A stretch of DNA of 60,927 nucleotides, taken from Candidatus Omnitrophota bacterium (GTDB lineage: Bacteria > Omnitrophota > Gorgyraeia > JAZDFF01). The notes under the pieces are model-generated. The model saw only the letters and a list, made by a program, of their open reading frames with translations, had not been told where the DNA came from and did not search any database. The position numbers were made by a program, and so were the translations under genes. The DNA lies in contig JAZDFF010000005.1 of NCBI GenBank assembly GCA_043808095.1, positions 1-60,927 of the forward strand. Direction: 5' to 3'. Positions 34,268-45,220 of this stretch are shown here, in pieces (position 1 is the first letter of the stretch; every line of letters starts with the position of its first letter).

Positions 34268-34314
34268 TGCTCCACGTGGAGCATTTTTACCCAGAAATTG
34301 CTCCACGTGGAAAC
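34268..34314. promoter_or_regulatory. two parS-like sites
   Basis: TGCTCCACGTGGAGCA (34268-34283, a perfect 16-bp palindrome) and TGCTCCACGTGGAAAC (34299-34314). Compare the canonical parS tGTTNCACGTGAAACa. Confidence 0.7.
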
Positions 34315-34424
34315 TTTTTTGACCAGGGGTTTATTCTATCTTAACAAAGCCTGCGAAAAAGTCAACCCAGTCCTTTCTAAAATTAAATTCATTTTAATAT
34401 AAAGAAAGGGCTGGGTCAAGAAAA

Positions 34425-34613
34425 TTATGTCCCTTTGGGCTTGATCACGGTTACACTGATTTTAGCCGGGGCGCTGCCAGCCATCCCAAATAAGCCCTTT
34501 TTCTCCTCAGATACAACCCGAATCTTTACCTGATTGCGGCTTACCCGTAATTGCTTTAAGGCTAATTTTATGGCTTCTTCGACGGTATTAGCTTGGATTT
34601 CTATGCTTTGCAT
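34425..34613 (-). CDS. Jag/KhpB N-terminal-domain-only protein (62 aa)
   Basis: TVEEAIKLALKQLRVSRNQVKIRVVSEEKKGLFG matches the Jag_N pattern. It lies directly after yidC, and the KH/R3H domains are absent. Confidence 0.55.
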   Translation of the reverse strand: MQSIEIQANTVEEAIKLALKQLRVSRNQVKIRVVSEEKKGLFGMAGSAPAKISVTVIKPKGT

Positions 34614-34614
34614 A

Positions 34615-35493
34615 TTATTTAACAGGGGCGCGGTTAATCATTATTTGCTGCAGGATCATCAACACGCTATTCATTGTCCAGTATAATACTAAGCCTGAGG
34701 GGAAATTATAAAACATCACCCCGAACATAAGCGGAAAGACAATAAGCATAATCTTTTGTTGTTCAGAAGATACTCCAGCGGTTGACTTTGAAGAAAGTTT
34801 TTGTTGCACAAACATTAAGGCAGCCATCAAGAGCGGCAGGATATTTAGTTCGTTTTTTATCAAGGTAAGGTGTAGGTTGGGGGGAAAGGTATAAAATTTA
34901 TCAGTACTGGCCAGGTCTTTAATCCAGAGGAAACCAGCTCCTTGTAGTACGTTAGAATGGGTGAGCATCTGGTAGAGACCGAAAAATATAAACATTTGGG
35001 GCACCAAAGGAAGGCATCCGCCCATAGGATTAACCTTGTTTTGCCGGTAGAGCTCAAAAATCTCCTTGTTTAATTTCTGGGGCTGGTCTTTATATTGCTG
35101 ACGCAGGGCCTCGATTTTAGGCTGAAGCGTCTGCATCTGCTTGGCTGAAACCAGGCTTTTCATGGACAAAGGGTATAAGACCAACCAAATTGCTACGCTC
35201 AAAGCAACAATAGAGAGGCCCCAATTTTTTAAGTAACCTTGAAACCATTTTAATACACTAAGCAGAAATTTTGCGATGCCGCCTAATGGCTTGGGCTTCT
35301 GAGCAACAATCTTTTTGGAAGAAGGTGCGAGGGGAGGAGGCGCCTGTTTCACTTCTGGAAAAATATTATTTATAGCTGTAACATCTTTATTTACAATGGG
35401 TTGCTTATAAAACCCCTTCAAAAATAGGGAGTAGGCACTTACCACTACAACCGACAATAATAAGGCTAGGATTAAACGTTTCTCTATATTCAT
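34615..35493 (-). CDS. yidC: membrane protein insertase YidC (short form)
   Basis: GGCLPLVPQMFIFFGLY..., C-terminal PSGLVLYW. Start trimmed to ATG 35493, just after the yidD stop. Confidence 0.9.
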   Translation of the reverse strand: MNIEKRLILALLLSVVVVSAYSLFLKGFYKQPIVNKDVTAINNIFPEVKQAPPPLAPSSKKIVAQKPKPLGGIAKFLLSVLKWFQGYLKNWGLSIVALSVAIWLVLYPLSMKSLVSAKQMQTLQPKIEALRQQYKDQPQKLNKEIFELYRQNKVNPMGGCLPLVPQMFIFFGLYQMLTHSNVLQGAGFLWIKDLASTDKFYTFPPNLHLTLIKNELNILPLLMAALMFVQQKLSSKSTAGVSSEQQKIMLIVFPLMFGVMFYNFPSGLVLYWTMNSVLMILQQIMINRAPVK

Positions 35494-35500
35494 GTGGGTA

Positions 35501-35740
35501 TTAAAATGTTTGGGGGTTGTCGGGCTCTTTAGATACCGGATCAAAGCCGCCTTTTGACCAGGGGCCGCAGCGTAAAATCCTAAATGCCCCTTTAAACAGC
35601 CCTGTTGTCAATCCGAATCTTTGAATGGCCTCCGCGGTATAGACAGAACAAGAGGGATAGAAACGGCAGTTACGAAGAAAGTGGCGCGAAGATATCCAAT
35701 GATAACTTTTTATAATAAAAAGGATTATAGACTTTGTCAT
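35501..35740 (-). CDS. yidD: membrane protein insertion efficiency factor YidD
   Basis: CRFYPSCSVYTAEAIQRFG is the hallmark YidD motif. Confidence 0.85.
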   Translation of the reverse strand: MTKSIILFIIKSYHWISSRHFLRNCRFYPSCSVYTAEAIQRFGLTTGLFKGAFRILRCGPWSKGGFDPVSKEPDNPQTF

Positions 35741-35742
35741 TA

Positions 35743-35880
35743 TTAAACGCTCAGGCGCTTGCGTCCTTTAAGGCGCCTTCTTTTGATGATGGACCGGCCA
35801 GAATGGGTTCTCATCCGTCGGCGGAACCCATGGGTTCTCTTTCTTTTTATGTTAGACGGGGTCTTTAAATGTAGTTTCAT
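35743..35880 (-). CDS. rpmH: 50S ribosomal protein L34
   Basis: Hand-translated 45-aa [48 protein letters not shown], which is below the ORF-track cutoff. The stop is 2 nt before the yidD ATG. Confidence 0.9.
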   Translation of the reverse strand: MKLHLKTPSNIKRKRTHGFRRRMRTHSGRSIIKRRRLKGRKRLSV

Positions 35881-35889
35881 AGTTGTAAG

Positions 35890-35917
35890 ATTATAACATA
35901 AAGCCTTTTTTAGTCAA
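35890..35917 (-). promoter_or_regulatory. near-consensus promoter TTGACT-16-TGtTATAAT for rpmH
   Basis: On the minus strand, the -35 is at 35917-35912 and the -10 at 35895-35890. Only 9 nt separate the -10 from the rpmH ATG. Confidence 0.5.
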
Positions 35918-36125
35918 GGGTTTTTGAGGTTTTTCAAAGACGATTAAAAATTAACAAAGGCCCCTGGTTACACAGATTACCTAAGATTACACAGATTCCT
36001 AAAACTAAATTTAATCTGTGCCCATAGAAATCGCCATTTTAATTGCAATTTCAGGGTGCTAATTTCTCGGTTAATCTTTTTTAGACATTCAACAATATTT
36101 CCGTTTCTCGGCGAGAAAAAATTAC

Positions 36126-36153
36126 TTGAAAAAAAATAAACCTTTGTTATAAT
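36126..36153 (+). promoter_or_regulatory. promoter TTGAAA-16-TGtTATAAT upstream of dnaA
   Basis: The -35 is at 36126-36131 and the extended -10 TGTTATAAT ends at 36153. Confidence 0.5.
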
Positions 36154-36170
36154 ATCAAGGCACGTGCAAC

Positions 36171-36199
36171 TGTGAATAAGTTGTGGATAATGTGAAATC
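36171..36199. promoter_or_regulatory. three tandem DnaA-box-like 9-mers
   Basis: TGTGAATAA (36171-36179), TGTGGATAA (36182-36190, a perfect complement of TTATCCACA) and TGTGAAATC (36191-36199), all just downstream of the dnaA promoter. Confidence 0.6.
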
Positions 36200-36362
36200 G
36201 CCTCGTGAGATCGAACCCCATCCGCCTCGTCAAAGCGCTTCTACTTCGCCAAGGTCCACCTTCGTCAAGACTTCGGTGGATATTCTCCGAAGCTAAAGCA
36301 GAAGGAGAGCCTCACAGGACAAGTTCACCTTTGACTTCCCTGCCTGCCGGCAGGGACGGATT
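36200..36362. repeat. word element in the dnaA leader (CACCTTTGACTTC / CCGCCTCGTCAAAG family)
   Basis: Shares the exact 15-mer ttcacctttgacttc (36324-36338 = 45391-45405) and tccgcct(c/a)cgtcaaag with the glmS leader. Ends in the GC hairpin ccctgcctgccggcaggg (36338-36355). Confidence 0.8.
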
Positions 36363-36409
36363 TCACTAGATGGCTACACGGTAAATATCGCCCGACCATA
36401 TTGTATTCC

Positions 36410-37750
36410 ATGTCAACAGCTGCTAATTCCGTCTGGGATAAAGCCCAGGGATACATTAAAGACAAGATCGGCTCAACTGCCTTTGAGACCTGGTTTGGTT
36501 CTATACAGGTCAAGGCTGGCTCAGCTACTCACCTTGTATTAGAGGTCCCGGATACATTCTTTAAAGACTGGGTACTAAACCATTATTACAATCTCATTCA
36601 GGAGGCGATTAATCAGGCCTCGGGTGGAAGTATGCAGCTGGAGATCAGCGTTAACCCCAAATTACTTCCCGAGAAAAATAAAGACCGCCTACAAGAATTT
36701 AAAACCAAGATCCAGGAGCCAGGCCAAGAAAGCATTCGCCTCAATCCCCGTTATAGTTTTGATAGTTTTGTAGTCGGCTCATCAAACCGCTTTGCACACG
36801 CCGCATCCCTGGCCGTGGCTGAGTCTCCGGCCAAGGCCTACAATCCCCTGTTTCTTTATGGAGGGGTTGGTTTGGGTAAGACCCACCTCATGCAAGCAAC
36901 TGCCCAGTATATTAACAGACAGCAGCCCCAACTGAAGATTTCTTATATTACTTCTGAACGCTTCACCAATGAGTTAATCGACGCCATCCAGCATCGTTCC
37001 ACCCAGCGTTTCCGTCTGAAATATAGAAATGTGGACGTGCTTTTAATCGATGACATCCACTTTATCGCCGGCAAAGAGTCTACTCAGGAAGAATTTTTCC
37101 ATACCTTTAATACCCTTTATGACGCCCACAAGCAGATCATCATTTCTTCGGACCGTTCGCCGAAGGAGATCAACAAATTAGAAGAACGGCTCATCTCGCG
37201 CTTTGCATGGGGTTTAATCGCGGATATGCAGCCGCCGAATTTAGAGACCCGGGTAGCCATATTAAAAAAGAAGGTGGAGAGGGAGCCGATAAAGGTGCCG
37301 GATGAGGTTATCTTTTTTATCGCCGAGGTGATTAAAAGCAATATCCGCGAATTGGAAGGCGCACTTATCCGGGTAGTAGCCTATTCCCTTTTAGAAGAGA
37401 GAGAGATCTCTCTGGGCATGGCTCAGGACGTCCTTAAAGACATGCTGCGGGAAACTAAAAAGATTATTACCGTAGATTTGATTCAAAAGGCGGTGGCGGA
37501 TTCTTTTGGCCTATCCACCCAAGACTTAAAAATTAACAAGAGAAATAAAAGTACGGTCTTGGCCAGACAAGTAGCCATGTATCTTGCCAGAGAGCTAACT
37601 TCTTTTTCGCTGTCAGAACTGGGCCAACATTTTGGGGGCAAGGACCACACCACCATTCTTTATTCGTGGGATAAGATAAAAAAGGCGCTTAATGAAGACG
37701 GCCAACTAAAAAATACGATTAATAAGCTTATTTTAGAATTAAAACAATAA
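36410..37750 (+). CDS. dnaA: chromosomal replication initiator DnaA
   Basis: AAA+ motifs GGVGLGKTHL and LLIDDIHF, and C-terminal domain IV (VLARQVAMYLARELT...GGKDHTTILYS). The start is ATG 36410, or TTG 36401 as in the track. Confidence 0.95.
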   Translation: MSTAANSVWDKAQGYIKDKIGSTAFETWFGSIQVKAGSATHLVLEVPDTFFKDWVLNHYYNLIQEAINQASGGSMQLEISVNPKLLPEKNKDRLQEFKTKIQEPGQESIRLNPRYSFDSFVVGSSNRFAHAASLAVAESPAKAYNPLFLYGGVGLGKTHLMQATAQYINRQQPQLKISYITSERFTNELIDAIQHRSTQRFRLKYRNVDVLLIDDIHFIAGKESTQEEFFHTFNTLYDAHKQIIISSDRSPKEINKLEERLISRFAWGLIADMQPPNLETRVAILKKKVEREPIKVPDEVIFFIAEVIKSNIRELEGALIRVVAYSLLEEREISLGMAQDVLKDMLRETKKIITVDLIQKAVADSFGLSTQDLKINKRNKSTVLARQVAMYLARELTSFSLSELGQHFGGKDHTTILYSWDKIKKALNEDGQLKNTINKLILELKQ

Positions 37751-37913
37751 TACTGCGTATATCGTATACACTGGTTACTCACAGATTTTTGTAGGCGGGT
37801 TTTGTTATTACCTATTGAAAGGAATATGATTATAACCCTGGTTCACAATACCCAGGGTGCTTATTACGATTACTGTTTTTATATTATAAAAAGAAATTAA
37901 TATTGGAGGGGGT

Positions 37914-39005
37914 ATGCGTGTAGAAATAAGTAAAGAGGATTTATTGAAAGGTATTCAAGTTATTCAAAATGTTATTAATCCAAGGAGTACGCTGCCTATT
38001 TTATCTAACATTCTTATGGAAACACAAAAAGAAAACAGTTTAAAGCTAATTAGTACGGATTTAGATATAGGTATAGCCACAATTTTACCAATTGAGGTTC
38101 AAGAGGCAGGTTCAATTACGGTTCCAGCAAAAAAATTTGCTGATATTATTAAGGAATTACCTGATGATATAGTAAATATCGCCGTAAAAAAGAATAACAT
38201 TGTGAATATCACATCAAGAACCTGTCAATTCAAGTTAATGGGTTTGCCTAAAGAAGAATTTCCTAAATTAGCCGACTTTCAAGATCAGCACCCCATTGAA
38301 CTAGAGCAGGGTGTGATTAAGGAAATGTTGGAGTTGGTGTACTTTGCCGCCTCTACAGATGAAACCAGATATGTCTTAAACGGGATCCTTATGGAGATCA
38401 AAGATAAGGTTTTAAAATTCGTGGCTACGGATGGCCGCAGGCTGGCGATTGTAAAAAGGAATTTAGCCACAGTTTTCCCAAAAGATACCAGCGTGATTAT
38501 TCCTGTAAAGACAGCCCAGGAGTTGAATCGCAATTTGGGTGAAGAAGGCTTACTGCAATTTTTTCTCGGCGAAAATCAGGTGTTGTTTAAGATGGGCGCA
38601 ACCTCGATTACGTCTCGGCTTATTGAAGGCGAATTCCCAGATTATAATTCAGTAATACCGCAGCCCGTTGACAATAAGGTAAAATTAAACCGCCAAGGGT
38701 TTTTATTGGCTTTAAGACGGGCCAGCCTCCTAAGCACCCTTGATTATCAGGCGGTGAAGCTCGAACTGTTTAAAAACAAAATGGTCATCTCAAAGTCTAC
38801 GCCGGATCTAGGCGAGTCCCGTGAAGAGCTCGATGTGGAATACGCCGGTAAAGAATTAATCATCGGTTTTAATCCTTATTATATTATGGACGTCTTAAAA
38901 AGTCTGGCCTCTGAGATAGTGGCGTTTGAGATAACTGATAGCGATAAGCCCGGGGCGATTCGCAGCCAGGACTATATTTATATAGTCCTGCCCATGCGTA
39001 TTTAA
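37914..39005 (+). CDS. dnaN: DNA polymerase III beta sliding clamp
   Basis: 363 aa with a three-domain clamp pattern (LPILSNILME..., ATDGRRLA). GGAGGGGG SD. Confidence 0.95.
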   Translation: MRVEISKEDLLKGIQVIQNVINPRSTLPILSNILMETQKENSLKLISTDLDIGIATILPIEVQEAGSITVPAKKFADIIKELPDDIVNIAVKKNNIVNITSRTCQFKLMGLPKEEFPKLADFQDQHPIELEQGVIKEMLELVYFAASTDETRYVLNGILMEIKDKVLKFVATDGRRLAIVKRNLATVFPKDTSVIIPVKTAQELNRNLGEEGLLQFFLGENQVLFKMGATSITSRLIEGEFPDYNSVIPQPVDNKVKLNRQGFLLALRRASLLSTLDYQAVKLELFKNKMVISKSTPDLGESREELDVEYAGKELIIGFNPYYIMDVLKSLASEIVAFEITDSDKPGAIRSQDYIYIVLPMRI

Positions 39006-39209
39006 TACGCGAATACACGCTAACCCAACGCGAATATTCGCTAATTTTAGGTAATGGTTAGGGTAATGAAGCCGGTATGGTCTAAAGGTTAAGGTAGATA
39101 TAAAATACTTAACCCTAACCCAATTTTCCATACAGGCATCTTGACCTTAACCCAAAGATTTAACCATAGGCTTAGGGAATTATTTCTTATTTTTACTATT
39201 CGCGTTTAT

Positions 39210-39491
39210 ATGGAGAGATTGAAGGTTACCCTAGACAAGGTAATGCGGCAGCTGGCTAAAAAAACCCAGTCTAAAAACCGGCCAGCCTATTATTGGGAAA
39301 AGGCAGTAGACAAAAAAACCCTAAAACATACCAAGGTCGCCGGCCTAAAAGACAAGAATCTTATTATTAATGTAGACAATGCCTCTTGGCTTTACGAATT
39401 GAGCACGCAAAAAAACCAGATAACGAAAAAACTGCTTGACCTTTCAGGCAGAAGCATTAATAATGTTAAATTCAGATTAGGGGAGATCTAA
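39210..39491 (+). CDS. DUF721 (DciA-like) protein
   Basis: W..AV......HT.V..LKD.NLIINVDNASWLYELS....I..KL matches the DUF721 pattern. It sits in the conserved position between dnaN and gyrB. Start trimmed to ATG 39210. Confidence 0.65.
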   Translation: MERLKVTLDKVMRQLAKKTQSKNRPAYYWEKAVDKKTLKHTKVAGLKDKNLIINVDNASWLYELSTQKNQITKKLLDLSGRSINNVKFRLGEI

Positions 39492-39496
39492 AAAAC

Positions 39497-39598
39497 TACT
39501 GGCGTTACCGCTAAAACGCAAAGATTTTTCACTGCTGTTTTTTTGCGGCTTTGCGACCATCTGGTAGATGGGCAGGCGTTTTGCGCCTTTGCGGTGTC
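39497..39598. repeat. word-hairpin element, CGCAAA/TTTGCG family
   Basis: ccgctaaaacgcaaag...ttttgcggctttgcg...gttttgcgcctttgcgg. Confidence 0.7.
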
Positions 39599-39640
39599 GA
39601 GAAAAGTTTTTAAGAAATTCCATTAGGAGAGGTAAAATAA

Positions 39641-42112
<2,472 letters not shown>

Positions 42113-42115
42113 TAA

Positions 42116-42234
42116 AATGCAAACATCAAAAATCAAATATCAAATATCAAAATGACATAGCAAAATTTAAATATTTTAAATAATTTTGCATTTTGGACTT
42201 TAAATTTTGATTTTTGCATTTTGATTTTTGAATT
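42116..42234. repeat. word-hairpin element, CAAAAT/ATTTTG family (copy 1)
   Basis: Left arm aatgcaaacatcaaaaatcaaatatcaaatatcaaaatgacatagcaaaat, right arm attttgcattttggactttaaattttgatttttgcattttgatttttgaattt. Fills the gyrB-gyrA spacer. Confidence 0.85.
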
Positions 42235-42258
42235 TACGACGAACGAAGTGAGGAGGAC

Positions 42259-44685
42259 ATGTACACCCAAGGAGAAAAAATAGTTCCGGTTTATATTGAA
42301 GAGGAGATGAAGAATTCCTACATCTCCTATGCCATGAGCGTTATCGTAGGCAGGGCCCTGCCTGATGTGCGAGACGGCTTAAAGCCCGTGCACCGCAGGA
42401 TTCTTTTTACCATGCACGAATTAAACCTGCGTCACACACAAGCCTATAAAAAATCCGCCAGGATCGTCGGAGATTGTCTGGGTAAATACCATCCGCACGG
42501 AGATATGGCGGTTTATGATACTCTTGTGCGCATGGTCCAGGATTTTAGCCTACGTTATCCTTTGATCGAGGGCCAGGGCAACTTCGGCTCGGTTGACGGC
42601 GACGCCCCAGCAGCAATGAGATATACCGAGGCACGCCTGGCAGCCATTTCCGACGAGATGCTCGAGGACATTGATAAGGATACGGTAGGCTTTATGCCCA
42701 ATTTTGATAACTCCCTGAAAGAGCCCGTGCTTTTACCGGCGCGCCTGCCCAATCTAATTATTAACGGCTCAAGCGGTATTGCCGTGGGTATGGCCACAAA
42801 TATACCCCCGCATAATCTCACCGAGGTGGTTGACGGCGTTACTTACCTAATCGAGAATCCCGACGCCGAAGGCAAAGACCTGATGCGTTATATCAAGGGC
42901 CCGGATTTCCCGACGGGCGCAACTATCTGCGGACGGGGCGGGATCAAAGACGCCTATGCAACCGGCAGGGGAAAATTAGTCGTGCGGGCAAAGGCTTCTA
43001 TCGAACAACAAAAACAGGGCAAGGAATCCATCATCATTACCGAGATCCCTTATCAGGTAAATAAAAGCAGCCTGATTTCCTCGATAGCCGAGTTAGTGGA
43101 AGAGAAAAAGGTCGAAGGAATAAGCGATATCCGCGATGAATCCGATAAAGAAGGCATGCGCATTGTCGTGGATCTTCGCCGGGACGCCGAGCCGCAATTA
43201 ATCCTGAACCAGCTTTATAAACACACTCAGTTAGAAACGAGTTTTGGCATTATTATGCTTGCCCTCGTAGATAACCGGCCCAGGGTTCTTAATATAAAAC
43301 AAATCCTCCATTACTATATCGAGCATCGTAAAGACATTGTCAGGCGCCGGACCCAGTTTGAATTAGATAAGGCGCAAAAACGGGCGCATATCTTAGAAGG
43401 CCTTAAGATCGCCTTAAAATTTATCGACAAGATTATTAAGACCATAAAAACCTCTAAAAATACGCCCGCGGCCAAAGAGGCCCTGATGAAGAATTTTGAT
43501 TTATCCGACGCACAGGCCCAGGCGATTTTAGAGATGCAGTTACAGAGGCTTACCGCCCTTGAGCGCGACAAACTTGAGGCCGAATACCTGGACTTAATCA
43601 AAAAGATAGAGTTTTATAAATCCATCCTGGCCTCGGAGAAAAAAATTGAGGGCGTAATTAAGGACGAGCTCGCCGAGATAAAAAAGCGCTTTGGCGACGA
43701 ACGCCGAACTCAGATTGTGGGAGAGGTGGAAGAATTAGAGATCGAGGATTTCATCGCCGAAGAAGATGTGGTGGTCACCATAAGCCATTCCGGCTACATC
43801 AAGAGGCTCCCCGTTTCGAGTTATCACAAGCAAGGACGCGGAGGACAAGGCGTCACCGGCGCAGAATTGAAAGAAGATGATTTTGTCGAGCATCTGTTTG
43901 TGGCCTCCACCCACGATTTCATCCTGTTTTTTACGGATAAGGGCCGGGTACATTGGCAGAAGGTTCATGAGATCCCCGTGGGAAGTCGCACGGCTAAAGG
44001 CAAGGCCATCATTAATATGCTGCAAATCAGCCAGAATGAGAAGATCAGTTCTTATATGCCGGTCAAGGAATTTAAGCCGGATAATTATCTGGTGATGGTT
44101 ACGAAAAAAGGCCTGATTAAAAAGACTTCACTCGAGGCCTATGGCCACCCGCGTAAAGGCGGTATCGTCGGCATTACCTTAGAGTCCCAGGATGAATTAC
44201 GGGAAGTCAAGCTTACCGACGGCAAACAAGAGCTTTTCATCGCTACTAAAGAAGGCAAGGCCATCAGATTTGCGGAAAAACAGGTCCGGGATATGGGCAG
44301 ATCCGCCAAGGGAGTTAAGGGAGTGCGCTTGTCTAAGAACGATGAGGTGATTGCCGCAGAGGTAGTGGATAAAGATGCAACGGTATTAACAGTCACAGAA
44401 AACGGTTTTGCCAAGCGTACCACTTTTAAGGAATATCGCCTGCAGAGCCGCGGCGGCAAAGGTATTATCAATATTAAGGTAACCAAGAAAAACGGTGCGG
44501 CAGTCGGGCTCAAGTCTGTTTTAGAAACCGACGACATTATGGCGGTTACTCATAACGGCATGATTGTGCGCTGCGCAGTGAAGGATATCCGTGCTACCGG
44601 ACGATCGTCTCAGGGCGTGAGGTTAATTAAACTGCAGCCAAAAGACGTGGTCGCAACCATTGCCAGCGTAGCGAAAGAAGAGTAA
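42259..44685 (+). CDS. gyrA: DNA gyrase subunit A
   Basis: YAMSVIVGRALPDVRDGLKPVHRR, the AAMRYTE active-site Tyr context, and a C-terminal beta-pinwheel. Confidence 0.95.
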   Translation: MYTQGEKIVPVYIEEEMKNSYISYAMSVIVGRALPDVRDGLKPVHRRILFTMHELNLRHTQAYKKSARIVGDCLGKYHPHGDMAVYDTLVRMVQDFSLRYPLIEGQGNFGSVDGDAPAAMRYTEARLAAISDEMLEDIDKDTVGFMPNFDNSLKEPVLLPARLPNLIINGSSGIAVGMATNIPPHNLTEVVDGVTYLIENPDAEGKDLMRYIKGPDFPTGATICGRGGIKDAYATGRGKLVVRAKASIEQQKQGKESIIITEIPYQVNKSSLISSIAELVEEKKVEGISDIRDESDKEGMRIVVDLRRDAEPQLILNQLYKHTQLETSFGIIMLALVDNRPRVLNIKQILHYYIEHRKDIVRRRTQFELDKAQKRAHILEGLKIALKFIDKIIKTIKTSKNTPAAKEALMKNFDLSDAQAQAILEMQLQRLTALERDKLEAEYLDLIKKIEFYKSILASEKKIEGVIKDELAEIKKRFGDERRTQIVGEVEELEIEDFIAEEDVVVTISHSGYIKRLPVSSYHKQGRGGQGVTGAELKEDDFVEHLFVASTHDFILFFTDKGRVHWQKVHEIPVGSRTAKGKAIINMLQISQNEKISSYMPVKEFKPDNYLVMVTKKGLIKKTSLEAYGHPRKGGIVGITLESQDELREVKLTDGKQELFIATKEGKAIRFAEKQVRDMGRSAKGVKGVRLSKNDEVIAAEVVDKDATVLTVTENGFAKRTTFKEYRLQSRGGKGIINIKVTKKNGAAVGLKSVLETDDIMAVTHNGMIVRCAVKDIRATGRSSQGVRLIKLQPKDVVATIASVAKEE

Positions 44686-44712
44686 ATTAAAGATATAGAT
44701 AAGATACGGGTT

Positions 44713-44829
44713 AATATCCAATAACCAATTTCCAATAAATACCAATAAAATCCCAATGACCAATTTTCCAATTGGAGATTGGATAATTGGACATTAATTG
44801 GGATTTGGTGATTGGTGAATTGGAAATTA
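44713..44829. repeat. word-hairpin element, CCAAT/ATTGG family
   Basis: aatatccaataaccaatttccaataaataccaataaaatcccaatgaccaattttccaatt | ggagattggataattggacattaattgggatttggtgattggtgaattggaaatt. Confidence 0.85.
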
Positions 44830-44856
44830 AAGTTTTACTTTTAAGTTAAACATCCT

Positions 44857-44960
44857 GACCCCATCGTCTAGCCTGGTTAGGACAAGAGCTTTTTCCCGCC
44901 GAGCCAAAGGCGAGGCGGGATCCCGACCTCGCTTTCAGCTCGGTCGGGACAAGCTCTCGA
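44857..44960 (+). pseudogene. disrupted partial copy of tRNA-Glu (nt 1-48) with a 56-nt double-hairpin insert in the anticodon loop
   Basis: 44857-44893 is identical to tRNA-Glu nt 1-37 (45206-45242). 44950-44960 (caagctctcga) equals 45243-45253. The insert at 44894-44949 forms CCCGCC..GGCGGG and TCCCGACC..GGTCGGGA hairpins. The T-arm and 3' acceptor strand are absent. Confidence 0.75.
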
Positions 44961-44965
44961 GGACT

Positions 44966-45220
44966 ATGTATTATGTTTATGTGTTAGAAAACAATAAAGG
45001 GAGACATTATATTGGCAGTTGTGTAAATGTAGAAGAAAGGCTGAAACGACACAACCAAAATAGCGTCAGATCCACCAAGAATAAAGGGCCTTTTACAATA
45101 GCGTATCAAAAAGAATTCAGCACTAGAAGAGAAGCGAGAATTAGAGAGAACCAAATCAAGCGCTACAAAAATAGCGGCTATTTGAGAAGGTTAATAAATA
45201 GACAGGACCCCATCGTCTAG
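44966..45220 (+). CDS. small stand-alone GIY-YIG nuclease-domain protein (84 aa)
   Basis: YYVYVLENNKGRHYIGSCVNVEERLKRHN...REARIRENQIK shows the GIY..YIG..R..H..E..N pattern. The TAG stop (45218-45220) lies in the D-arm of the intact tRNA-Glu. Confidence 0.8.
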   Translation: MYYVYVLENNKGRHYIGSCVNVEERLKRHNQNSVRSTKNKGPFTIAYQKEFSTRREARIRENQIKRYKNSGYLRRLINRQDPIV

